Source: Oikopleura dioica
Taxonomy: Eukaryota > Animalia > Chordata
Assembly: GCA_907165135.1 (NCBI GenBank)
Contig: OU015567.1
Coordinates: forward strand, 10,230,001 to 10,294,000
DNA: 64,000 bases
Direction: 5' to 3'
In this document: piece after piece, positions 1 through 11,100 of the stretch
How the letters are laid out: each line of letters opens with the position of its first letter
How positions within the stretch are numbered: the first letter of the stretch is position 1
The notes under the pieces: generated by a model
The model's input: only the letters and a program-made list of their open reading frames with translations
What the model was told of the DNA's origin: nothing
The model's database searches: none
Program-made: the position numbers and the translations under genes

Positions 1-937
1 TTAAAATTTTCCGTGATGAAATAAATCGACTTACACTTTGTCGATCCGTGCGTTTAGAAATCCACCGGGTTTTTATACATGTCCATACTTTTTCTAGGTT
101 GATGACCTCTTACGGCCGAGGAAAACCAGAAGAATGAAGTTAGCGGGATGGTTGAACCGGAATATATTAATCCGACCACGCACCTTGTGATGGCGGCCAA
201 GTCGCATGATTTCTAAACCGACCCCCCTGATCAACCAGAGATCCACGACATCTCATGCATTATTTTACATCTGGCTGTTAATTCATGCCCCAACCATTCA
301 GACGGATTAACGTAGGCAGTCCCCCTAAGTCCCGTATCAAACCGGCCTCGTCATTACAGGTTTTACTGTTCATTTAACAAGTTTGCACACGACACTTTCA
401 TCAATCAACCGATCGGGGAAGTAATTATAAAACCCGACTTTTGTTGACTTATCATAGTGACACCCTTACTAAAACCCTACTTGAAACCTTCATTTTTTGA
501 ATAAGAAAATGTAAAATTTTCTCCTAAAAAGTTCCACGGTAAAATTCTTTCGTGGAGCAGTTATTTTTCGCTGCCAATCTACAAAGTACTTTCGCGCCTG
601 GCATCTGAGCAAGAAAGAGGCATTCTCTTCAACCAAAATACGCCTTCTAAAGATGAAATCGTCGAATTCCAGCGAAATGAACGGCCGCTTTTGAATTATG
701 ATACGTTATGATTTTCAATTCGAAACTTTGAAAATATTTTCTCAAATACAATTTTTCCGCGAAAATCACGTGCGAAATGTTTTGATTCTCACAGCGTTCA
801 GTCAAAACATAATTATCCGATTTACTTATCATCAAAGAACACTTCAAAAGCTTACGTCTTGAGGCGATTAATAGAACTTCAAGGTGAGCTCATCTTTTTG
901 AAAAACAAAAACTTTTCGTCGAAAATCAAAAAGAATT

Positions 938-1019
938 CGCTGCGAACAGGATTCGAACCTGCGCGGGGAGACCCCAAGAGATTTCTAATCTCTCGCCTTA
1001 ACCACTCGGCCATCGCAGC
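938..1019 (-). tRNA. tRNA-Ser(AGA), copy 1
   Basis: Reverse complement folds as an 82-nt cloverleaf: acceptor GCTGCGA/TCGCAGC, anticodon loop TT-AGA-AA, long variable arm, GGTTCGAATCC T-loop. A T5 Pol III terminator follows. Confidence 0.97.
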
Positions 1020-1717
1020 TGATAACAGGCCCGCAGGCGTGTTTCAACAGTTTTTTTGAATTTAGAAGAAGATAGTGTCAAAAATTATGACGAGAAGACT
1101 CTCAGAGTCATGACACATGAGTATTAAATTGATTGAAGTAAGAAAGTCTGCTTCATTGAACCGAATTAATAAAAGAACAAAATATGGTACTTTCAAGAGC
1201 AAAATTAGCATAGATGGCTTACAAGAAAGAGCTTATTTTACCCTGAAAAATTACTATTGATAAGAAGAAGTGCAATTTTATCACGAGAAAATATTCGACC
1301 TGTATATCAAGATACTCCTCTGATCGCCCTTTTTGTTAACCCGTAATTTTCACCCGCCTTTTTGGAAACTCGTCTTTTTCAGCGAAAGTTTTGACAAGAC
1401 TGGAAACTACTGATAACAAATTTAGCGATAGCAATTTTTTCACGGTACAAAAACGAAAGTGAGTGGAGGAAATTTTAAACGAAAATTATCGAGTACCGGA
1501 AGAATGAACAGTTCACTCAGTTTTTTTCGGCCCCAAATTAGCTTTCGCTGGAACCTGTCATTTGTCGGTTGAGTTTTGATTGACAGAAATTGAGGCGGTA
1601 GTTTGCGTGGGGTTTTGTATTCATCTTCTTTTCACGTTTCTACGATTTCGTTTAGGGGCAAAAGGGAAAAGCCAGTATGAGAAAATCTGATGAAACACGC
1701 CTGGGGGCAGATCATCA

Positions 1718-1799
1718 GCTGCGATGGCCGAGTGGTTAAGGCGAGAGATTAGAAATCTCTTGGGGTCTCCCCGCGCAGGTTCGAATCCTGTTCGCAGCG
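1718..1799 (+). tRNA. tRNA-Ser(AGA), copy 2
   Basis: Same 82-nt sequence on the plus strand, followed by aattctttt (T4). Confidence 0.97.
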
Positions 1800-2102
1800 A
1801 ATTCTTTTGAACCATCCTTTTATGCGCTTTTCTCCAACTTCGACCCTTTCTGTTAACACGCAATTACCAGCTTTGAAAATGAATGGGCTACAGTTGTTTT
1901 TGGCGCTGTACTCAGCACATTGACTCGGCCAATTTGCATTTTTGGGCGCTAACGAAACTACGACATTAATTTTACACGACTCTTGGCAGACGACGCCTCT
2001 AAAGCTCTCATGAATTCGCTGCTTGAAGGAATTCCATTCCATTCATTCGTTCAACCTTTTTATGACTCAATCAGAAAAAGGCTTATCTAATATTCCTGAG
2101 CG

Positions 2103-2205
2103 CGGTAACATTTGTAGAAAACCTGAGTCAGGGTCTGAAAGCTCTTAAAAGAATAGCGGCTTAGATCATTCAGACCCTGACTCAGGTTTTCTACACAGGT
2201 TACCG
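2103..2205. mobile_element. Short foldback/MITE-like element (about 100 bp)
   Basis: Perfect 27-bp inverted repeat TGTAGAAAACCTGAGTCAGGGTCTGAA at 2113-2139 and 2169-2195. An outer pair CGGTAAC/GTTACCG lies at 2103-2109 and 2199-2205. No clear TSD. Confidence 0.7.
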
Positions 2206-2663
2206 AGCCTGGCCCTCTGTAACCTTGGCAAAACTCTCAATGATTCTATCACTCTGGATCGTCAAGAAAAAGAAGTATTTTCCACTTGGAAAAGTCACGA
2301 CTGACACAACCCAAGTTTTCAAGTTTGTCATTTCGCGATTTTCGAAGTTTTTCTCAAGTTCCGTCAACACAGCACGTGTCCAGCACGTTCTCATAAGCCT
2401 TCTAAATATGAAAAAGCATCTAGCTTGCGGAAAAAATGCATTCTGGCGGCGCAGGGTTAAGTAGAAAGGATTTCCGAGCATTTGAAGAATTTATATGAGT
2501 ACTCGAGCTTTTGCGAAATTCAATTAGCTTCTGACGCGATTTTGGAAAGTAGAACTCTTTCAACTGATTGTTACAGGTCCATGTAATGCCTTACCGTATA
2601 TAATATACAGTATATAATATACTACTGTATATTCATCTCTATCTTTGAGAAACCAAGTCTAAG

Positions 2664-3388
2664 ATGAACAAAAATGGCGTTTCTTGGCTAGAAATGCGTG
2701 AAATCAAAGAACATGTTTAAAAATTTTGAAAGTCTTCCAAACATTCGATGTTCTTTTGTCACCCTTTTTCTCTTAGAGAAAGAAGCTACAGAAGAGTGAT
2801 GAAATGTCCACGCAGAGCACTCAGACTGGAAATGCGTAGTATTGTGGCTAACACACGATCTTTGAAAGTGGTTCACAGAAAAGTGGATGAAATTTTTGAA
2901 ATCGGAGGGAGTGTGTCGGTTGCCCAAATTGAAGGTCACCCGATCCAAGCTCCAACTCTAGGGTACTTTAAATTATGACGCGCTGGGATTAGCTGACGTT
3001 CGCGAAAACGCGGATGACGGGTTCGGAAAGGCGCAACAGTAAGTAAGAGTTGACTTTGGCTGAGTGTGGATGTTTGCGCATTACTTCCACTCGGCTCGTT
3101 AGTAATCGCGATTGGCAGGTTCCAACCAAACGTGGCGGAGTAGGATGCACCTGTGCCCAAATGCGAGTATTATCTTCCGCCACAGTTACACGTTACTCCT
3201 CCTTCATTTGCATTGAAAAACGCCAGAACAAGGCCCTTTCCATGATAACCCCGCTCTTTCTAATGATCTTCATTTTTTCTCAACTTGCAAGTAGACTTGA
3301 TCAAAAATGGGTTGAGAATGGCGACTCGATCGGTGATAACTTGGACTTTTTTACGGATTTTAGATTCTACCAAATCACCCAGCACTAG
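2664..3388 (+). CDS. Small multi-exon orphan protein (model uncertain)
   Basis: Frame-compatible exons can be chained: MNKNGVSWLEMREIKEH | RKKLQKSDEMSTQSTQTGNA | KVDEIFEIGGSVSVAQIEGHPIQAPTL | ADVRENADDGFGKAQ | HNRDWQVPTKRGGVGCTCAQMR. One GG donor is required. No family recognised, and the 3' end is uncertain. Confidence 0.35.
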
Positions 3389-3405
3389 AAAAAGACAAAA
3401 AGGTT

Positions 3406-3487
3406 CGCTGCGAACAGGATTCGAACCTGCGCGGGGAGACCCCAAGAGATTTCTAATCTCTCGCCTTAACCACTCGGCCATCGCAGC
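3406..3487 (-). tRNA. tRNA-Ser(AGA), copy 3
   Basis: Identical 82-nt sequence to copies 1 and 2, with a T5 terminator downstream and a different 5' flank. Confidence 0.97.
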
Positions 3488-4935
3488 TTATCAGCATGCT
3501 TGTCGGTGGTAGTTATATTCGCTCATTATTGGTCAACTGCTAGAACCAATCAGATCTTATACTGCCTACGCGGTCGCTTCTTTGTTGGTTTTTATTGGTC
3601 ATTCCTTGAAAAGCGCTGATTTCCTCGTTAAACTAGACGGAAATCAATGTGATTTTCAAATGGTTGAAAAAACACTAAAATTTAAGATCAGTTTCTAAAA
3701 TCGCCCTAAAGTTCTAAAAGCTGTGACGTTACATAAAACCTCCTTCAGAATTGATAAAGCGCGTTCAACAGCAATAAGCTATCATTTTCTACCGTGTTTT
3801 TAGCGTATCGAATAGCCTGAAAGTGTCATCATTTTCGTTGTAATGGAAAGATTAATCACTTTCTAAAAACATCTTCTTGCATCATGACGATCGGAATTCT
3901 CAGTTGTCAGGTCAACCGATCGCCGGCGCAACTTCTGCAGGCATCCTCAACATGAGCATGATCGATCGATCTACTCATTACCAAACTCGAAAGAAAGCAA
4001 CAACGTGCCGCTAGCAAGGGCCAAACAGTCACTTCCGACCCAGCCTTGCTCGATTAATTCACTTAGACAGCGATTACGAGTCGTAATTTACGACAGCAGA
4101 AAATGATGGAAGGCTGTAATCAGTGACAAAGTGGACTTTGATAAATCGAATGAAATATTCGTCTGGACTCTCAGAATTTCAGGGATCACTTGAATCAGCA
4201 TTGACTCATAAAGCTCTTTTTAAAAGTGGATCATTATTAATGGTCATGAGATAATTTTAAGAATAAAAAATTAAGGGGTCAATAGGTTAACTCCTAGAAG
4301 AAAAAAGTGTCGTGAAATAGGCTTAACAAAGTCACCCCCTTAAGTCTTTAGGCCAAGAATCCGTGTCTAAATTCTCGATTCGGATGTTCTGTTTTTGATC
4401 ATCTTTGTTTCAGAAGCACATCCAATCGAAAAAATCTGAAAATTGAACTAACCCCTCTTCACCCCTCACGCAACTGCTTGACAAACTAGTGCGATAAAAC
4501 AACAGTCATCAAAAAGAATAGGCTTGAGCCGAGTTTATCAGTGAGTTTAATAACACTCTTGCGTCAGTCCCTTACACAGACGGAGGAAGCCGCTCATCAC
4601 TTTCTAGCTGCAGTGACATTTGTACACGACTCCGGACACCAGCTCCGACCGCAAATGGTACTTATATCAGTCATTGTTTTCTTCTAACAGCAGCGTTAGA
4701 ATGTTTGAAGAAAATCCGCCATAACAACAAATTCTCCTTTGACGAGTACGAATTGATTCTATTTCCATGCTCAGCCTAGCATAGAAATAAGTCTTAGCTC
4801 GCTGGCAGACAAATTGAAGGACAATAACTAATTAATACTACTAAACGGAGCATTATCAATATTAACAGATGGCGAAAACAACTATAAAAACGCATCGCTT
4901 CCATCACTTTTCTACTAGATTTCTGTTTCTCAAAT

Positions 4936-5222
4936 ATGAACATTTTCAACTTCCTTCTGATTTGCTTCACTTATGCTTATGCCAAATCTATGTGGGAAAT
5001 AACTGATACTCTTTGCAAAGAAAAAGGTAAAAACCCCGATTTCCAACCCTAGTCCTAGACCACAAGTTTGAAAGCCTTCTCCTATCCCTTGTACAATTTT
5101 CAGATATGAAAGAAAAATGCGCTGAAATCTTCGAAAAACGAAGAAAAAGAGCTTACTTTGGTTTTGGAGTGCTCAAAGATCTACTTGCTCCTACTCATGA
5201 TCAGCCTGATTACTCGGAATAA
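4936..5222 (+). CDS. 69-aa secreted prepropeptide (2 exons: 4936-5026, 5104-5222)
   Basis: A GT-AG phase-1 intron joins MNIFNFLLICFTYAYAKSMWEITDTLCKEK-D-MKEKCAEIFEKRRKRAYFGFGVLKDLLAPTHDQPDYSE*. It has a hydrophobic N-terminus, two Cys and an RRKR convertase site. Confidence 0.7.
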
Positions 5223-5299
5223 AGTTCAAATATCGGTATAATTTCGCTTTGTTTAGAATTCTTTAATGTAATAATTATGGTTCTATCATATTCTCAAGA

Positions 5300-6300
5300 A
5301 AACTCTAAACGGCAAACGCATGGTCACGTATAACTACATGCTATTTATGTGAAAAGCGATTACTGTTGCGATTTCGAGCTCCTTCGATTGTTGCGGTAAT
5401 GGGACTTTGATTTGGCGTTTTGGCGAACTTGTGGGAATTCGAGCGCAGCTCAACCAGCCCAATTGAGCCAAAGTTTGCAGAAATTAGCGCTTATTATGGA
5501 GTAACGTTCCGTTGGAATGCTTCAGTTACAAGATAATCGCAGCATAAAGGGCTAAGACACAGCTGCTGCCATCGTCGTCTTCGTGAGGAAAAACGTATTC
5601 AAGTTCAGTTTCAAGAACTGAAAAAAGACTTGAGATTCTTCGTATTAAAAGCTGCCATTCATTGATGTAAATTTCATGAGTGCAGAACAAGCAAGGAAAA
5701 AACGTGGATCCCCTAACGTTATCAGATCGTCATCTCTAATTTCACAAAGAAATCGAAGCCAGGACGGGCCCCAACGTGACTGGACCGCTCGCTCAATCAA
5801 AACGGATACTCTCCGTGCTCTAGTGTCTCTGAAGAGCTTCCTGGACGCGATATAATCAATGCACCAGTCCACATCATCGAGTTTAACTTATGATAAAAAG
5901 CACGCGCTAGAATTTGCCAAATTCGCTCACGTCTAAAACTGAACGGTGGGTTAAGTAGGGCTGTATTATACGTTGGATTCAAGTTCAAGCGCTTGCCTTG
6001 ACCTTTTTCGTGGATTTCGCGGGGCTTCTGTATATTTTATCCGGAGCAGAGAAAATCGTACACCTGAACTGATCTAGTAAATTTGGCTGTTAGACTCGCA
6101 GAAATGGGAAAATGCTCTCCCGCGTCTTATTTTTCAAGCAACTGTACTTCGCGTGACTAATTTTCATTCGTAAGAATTGTGTATCGTTTCTTACAAAACT
6201 GGTCCTAGCTCGATATCCAACGGAAATGAGCGCCCCTCTATCATGTTGTGGGTTGTTTCTTTTTCTATAAGTGGCGCGAGAGGTTTTCATAAGGGGCAAT
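5300..6300 (-). CDS. Possible multi-exon gene, product unknown
   Basis: Protein-like open stretches next to splice-like sites (DWCIDYIASRKLFRDTRARRVSVLIERAV; LETELEYVFPHEDDDGSSCVLALYAAIIL). No complete model could be built. Confidence 0.25.
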
Positions 6301-6987
6301 TGGGCCCGTTTCTTTATATTTTCTAAGCGGTTCTTTTCTAGGCTTACTCTCTGAAGCGCTCTCTCTCTCTTCTCTTTCGCTACAGTAGATGCAGACTAAA
6401 AGGCTGTTCGGCTATTTCATAACGACAAATCGACAATTTAACGGCATCTATCTTGGGGCTGCTGGCTCAGAGGTTCAAGCAGGATCTTGTCAAACATGCT
6501 CATCCCTTCTTAATTACTCCACCCTGATTAAAATTTCAGACTCTAGAAAGATCTCATCACGTGAATGCAGATCTTATTCGTCGGTCTTCTACGACACTGT
6601 ATAAAACAGTTCGAGCCGGATAAGAATTAACTCTCAGGCGGAAATCATTATTAAAGATGTCCTTAAAATAGTCTCTGAAAAGAGCCACGAAGTTTCAATC
6701 AAATACTTTTTTATTATGAACAGCAATAAATCGGTTCCGGGAGAGCACGTTGGCTTTTAGCTGATAAATCGGTGAGTAGTGTCTTGCTGGCACAATTGCT
6801 CGACGGATTTTGACAGGAGTGAGCGGTGATAAACTTGAGGCTGTTTTGAAAACATCGAAAATGCCCCGATGGGAGATAACGATAGCTAATTTGGAATATA
6901 AGCAAATTAATAACTTATTTGTGAATGAGAGTTTTGAATTGACACAGGGGGTCTGGATGATAAGAATCAATCAGTAGCTAGAATCGT

Positions 6988-7639
6988 TCAGTAAAGTTTC
7001 ATGATATTTTTCTTCTCAAAGGAGACAGTACAGACCGGGCACTTCATGCTTGAAATTCAGACAAGAGCTTCCGAACTGGTGGCCGCAAGTATTCAAGCAA
7101 GCATGTCTATGACCAGAGGTATCGTAATCTTCCATACAAATAACGCATTCTTTTGAAGAATCTGGCTCTCTCTCTGTTTCTGATTGAGACTTTTGGCAGG
7201 CAAGTATTTTATCCATTTGCTCCTCCAAAAATTTCAAATCGGTCTGAGCTCTACCACACTGTATTGCCGCGGCATTTAAAATTTCTGTGATGCGCGCTTT
7301 CTCGTCTGTATAAAGTTTTATGAGAAGATTCTGTGCTCGGAATCCTCTCACAAGGTACTCTCTAGTAAATACTGTTTTTCCAAGAACCCGGTCGCTTCCA
7401 TCCGGATTGAGTAGGACTTGTCGAAAATGCCTTCATTCAGCGAATAGAGCGATTATATTATCGTGCTTGACTATCATGTCTTGATGTTCTTTATGTAGAT
7501 TTGACAGTATTCTATGATCATGTTTAAGAAGAGCGAAGTCCAATAACAAGGATTTAATCTCTTCTTTTTTCTTGCCGTCGTTAATTGTCTGTTCAATTCC
7601 TTTCAACAAGTTTATTTTTTGCTCGATATTATCGCTCAT
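6988..7639 (-). pseudogene. Apparently intronless coiled-coil + RING finger gene with two disablements
   Basis: ATG at 7639 reads to an in-frame TGA at 7433-7435. The same frame continues (RHFRQVLLNP...EYLVRGFRAQNLL...) into CVICMEDYDTSGHRHACLNTCGHQFGSSCL. The last RING ligands KCPVC...KNIMKLY* are in another frame after about 7050. The layout resembles the RFWD3-type RING. Confidence 0.65.
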
Positions 7640-8184
7640 ATTTATATAAAAAGAATAATGCATATATGGGAAAGAAATTTATTCCTTGTTTATATTTCGC
7701 AGGATCTTGTTTAAATTAAATGAAAACACGAAGAAGACGACAAACATTACATGCCAAGCCTTATAAAATCTACAGAAATCACAAGTCCACAGGAATCGAG
7801 CGGTGAATCAGCGGTGCGCGCTAAAATTCTTGGTGGCGCGGTCAGCGAGCGTTTTTTGGCGTCGTGGCGAAGGGGCGCTGCCGCGCTCGTCCGCCGATTT
7901 CACGATTTCGACAAGTCGGAGAATTACTTCTCTTCTGATCACCCTAGCCGATACTACTCACGCCGAGCAGGCTGTCCGAGTAAGGCCTTTACTTTTTTGT
8001 TTGTTTGTTACTTTTTTTGCGAAAACTGAAGAAAAGCCGACGAAAATTGAAATTTGTGAGATTTTTTAATTAGCCACAAAGAAATACAGTCTACTACAGT
8101 CTTTTCGACAAGTGCAAAAAAGAAGAACAGTCTTCTCCTGAGATAGAGAAACAAAACACCACCAAACAAAACAAAACAAAAGCC

Positions 8185-11100
8185 ATGAAAACGTTTTTGT
8201 TGGCTGCGCTAGTTTCAGAAACTGGCGCTGGAAAACTTCCATGCTCTGGTTAGTAGGGAAAAATTAACTGTAGTTCAAAAAGGGGCCAATAGAAAGCGGC
8301 AAGTGATAAACTGTACGTCAAGTGACAGAACAGTTCCAGAACCCCTCCGGATATGATTGACGGAGCCCCGTCAAAACTTGAGAAGTGAAAACTTTCCCGA
8401 GGGTGTTGGGGAGCAGAAATGAAAATATAAATTGGGTAATTTTATAAATCAAAATGTATGATAATTTTTGAGCAACGATATGGTCGAACTTTTTAATTAA
8501 AAATATTTTTTCAGATAGCCTCGTGTAGTAAAAAAACTCGTTTTTCTGGAAACTTTAATGAATTGTTCAATTTCGTTTATTTCGGCAAATAGATATTGAG
8601 GGAATTCACGTTTCTTGAGTTGTCCGAAAGATGTCCGACATCTGCACCGGCGATAACAAACTTGCTGATTTTGAATACATTCCTCCCTTTTATCGCTATT
8701 GCTAATTAAATACTCATCAATCAACAGTATTAACACACTCGAAATCGACCACAAAGTCACTTTCAAATCCTGTTTTTTTCCAAAAAGGTCATGTTTGGCT
8801 CTAGACCTCTTGGCGATTAGGAACTTTAGCTCAAATTCAAACTCAAGCGCTGGATCAAAAAGCATTACAGAGAGAACTGTAAAAGGTATCTTCTTTCGCG
8901 CAGGATATTCCATTCTTGCTCAACCTAAGCTCGTGGCGGCTTATCCCTCCGGGTTCAATGTTACAGCTTTTAAAGCGTTTCCTTTGACCTGGATTTTGAA
9001 AGATAATTTTCGAAATAAAATGCTCGCAAAAGACATTTAAAATCCTGTTTATCATAAAATAAAGCTCAATTCGTGCATAATACGTGCACGTTGCGATGCT
9101 CACGCAAATCTGGGTGCGGATGGGACTTCCTGGCCGGATAGAAATTGCACGCGCTTTTGGATAAACTGACATAAATTCTCGGAGCCCAAATTCAACGTGC
9201 GGGATGATCTAGAGCTACCTTCGACCGTTGTATACTCGTTGTGGTCGTAATTTTGGATTTAGGGTTTAATTAAGTTCTTCTCAAAGTCAACCCTCAAGGT
9301 CATTTTTGACGAAGAAAATAAACCTTCAATATTTATTGACGGTTTGAAAAAGACCCATTACTTGAGTGAAATGTCAACTTGCATCCTGGTCAGCACATTT
9401 TTGCGTTATCACTTTTAGCCCGAAATGAGTCCATCTGCTCCATCAAAGCATATACATTTGTCACCATAATTTGCCTCAAATCACTTTTGTCTTGAATATC
9501 TTCGCCAGGAAGAAGGTATGCCAAAGCCATGCTCATCAAAGACCATTACCTGTCCGCATAATAACCTTCAGAACGTTCCTAATACGCGAAATTAGCAGAA
9601 AAATGCTCACGTCTATCTCTTTTTCATTCTTCAAAAGCATAAAAACTAGACAAAAATCATCGGCTTTTTGAAAAATCGAAAACGTGCAACAATTCAAAGG
9701 TCGTAAATTCTATCCGATTCTTACAGCTCAGGAGACATTTCCGAGACATTCCGCCCGAAATCTGCTGAAATTTTACTTTTCTAGGGAAAGAATGACATTT
9801 CAGAGGTCTATTGAAGTCAGATTTGCAAATTCTTTCGAAACGTAGTTTTACTAGAATCTCAGAAGGACACTTTTTCACTTGTATCGCGATCTAGTAGATC
9901 GCCGATCTACAGCCTGTTACCTTTTATAAGACAACGCAAAAACCAAGCTTTTTAGGCTAAAATTTTGTAATGATCAGAGCCCGTCTTTTAATTTTAAGGG
10001 CCTCTCTGCCTTATCGGCACGGAAGCTTGAAATTTCGTTAGCAAAATAGTAATGTCCGTTAGTACTAATTAAATCAAGAAAAATCTGTGTTCAAGCAAAA
10101 AGCGATTAAAAAATTTCGAAACTTTGAGGATTATGCAGCCTCGGTGTAGGTGATGATCAAATCCAGGGTGGTGTTTTAACGCGTATTTCTGTTGACATAG
10201 AGCGACTGAAGAAGAGTGTTGATCTGTTGATGTTGATGATCGAGCGAGTTCCTTCAAAACTGAGATTGATGGTTGAAATGAGGGGTTATCACACTCGAAC
10301 TTGCACCGTTTCGAACGATACGTTACCACTCCCTTTAGCCATTCCAGCTCATCAGTGAAGCTCCGTTAGTATATCAACTATATTTGACGGCAAACATGAG
10401 AACGTCCGCATTATCACAGCTCTACAATTAAGGGTGTCTAGGATACATTTGATAAAGCTCATGTAAGGCTAAATCCACCACGCAAGCGGGGATCTTTCTG
10501 TGGTCAGCGCCTTAATTTCGCTGATCTTGGGCGGATAAATTTTGGAGGCAATGGAGGAAATTCAATTGCGACACCCTAAAGTTCGTCAAAAGTTGAAATT
10601 TTGGCTCTTTTCTTTCGTTTATTTAGGAGCTAGAATTCTTTTAGGGAGTTAATCGCAGCTGGGAGGGATTCTTTATCAGCAGGAACGGGAGTTGGATGAA
10701 GAAGATTTATGACTCAACTTTGTGGCCAAAATAGAGATTAGCGTAAAGATTGGCCGAGACAACTTGAACGGTGACCCCGGCCCTAACTTTAGCGAGATGG
10801 ACCGGAACTTAGAGGATAATGCTTAATCTTAAGTCACACGTAATAAACTTTCCCCAGCGCCGGTCCAAGGATTAGGACGTAACAAAAAACCGTATTAGAA
10901 GATAGTACTGCTATACGTGAATTTTGCTCATGTTTTGTAAAGAACATTTTGGACTTAAATTGCAACCGGGCGGAACTAAATGACGGCGATGTTTTAAGCT
11001 GTCTCTGAACGATTTTACAGTTTCAAAGAATATCAAAACAAAATAAAAATTTTCTAAGAGATTGAACTTTATAAAATATACAGTTTCGCCGGTATATGCC

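Noticed and set aside
1-540. Compositionally distinct start of the window, considered as an LTR or the last exon of an upstream gene
   Set aside because: No partner repeat lies inside the window, and the short open stretch has no recognisable homology.
859-3512. Repeated ORF peptide SLRTGFEPARGDPKRFLISRLNHSAIAA (ORFs 859-1059, 1621-1863, 3285-3512) and MAEWLRR... (3260-3481)
   Set aside because: These are translations of the tRNA-Ser genes, not a protein repeat family.
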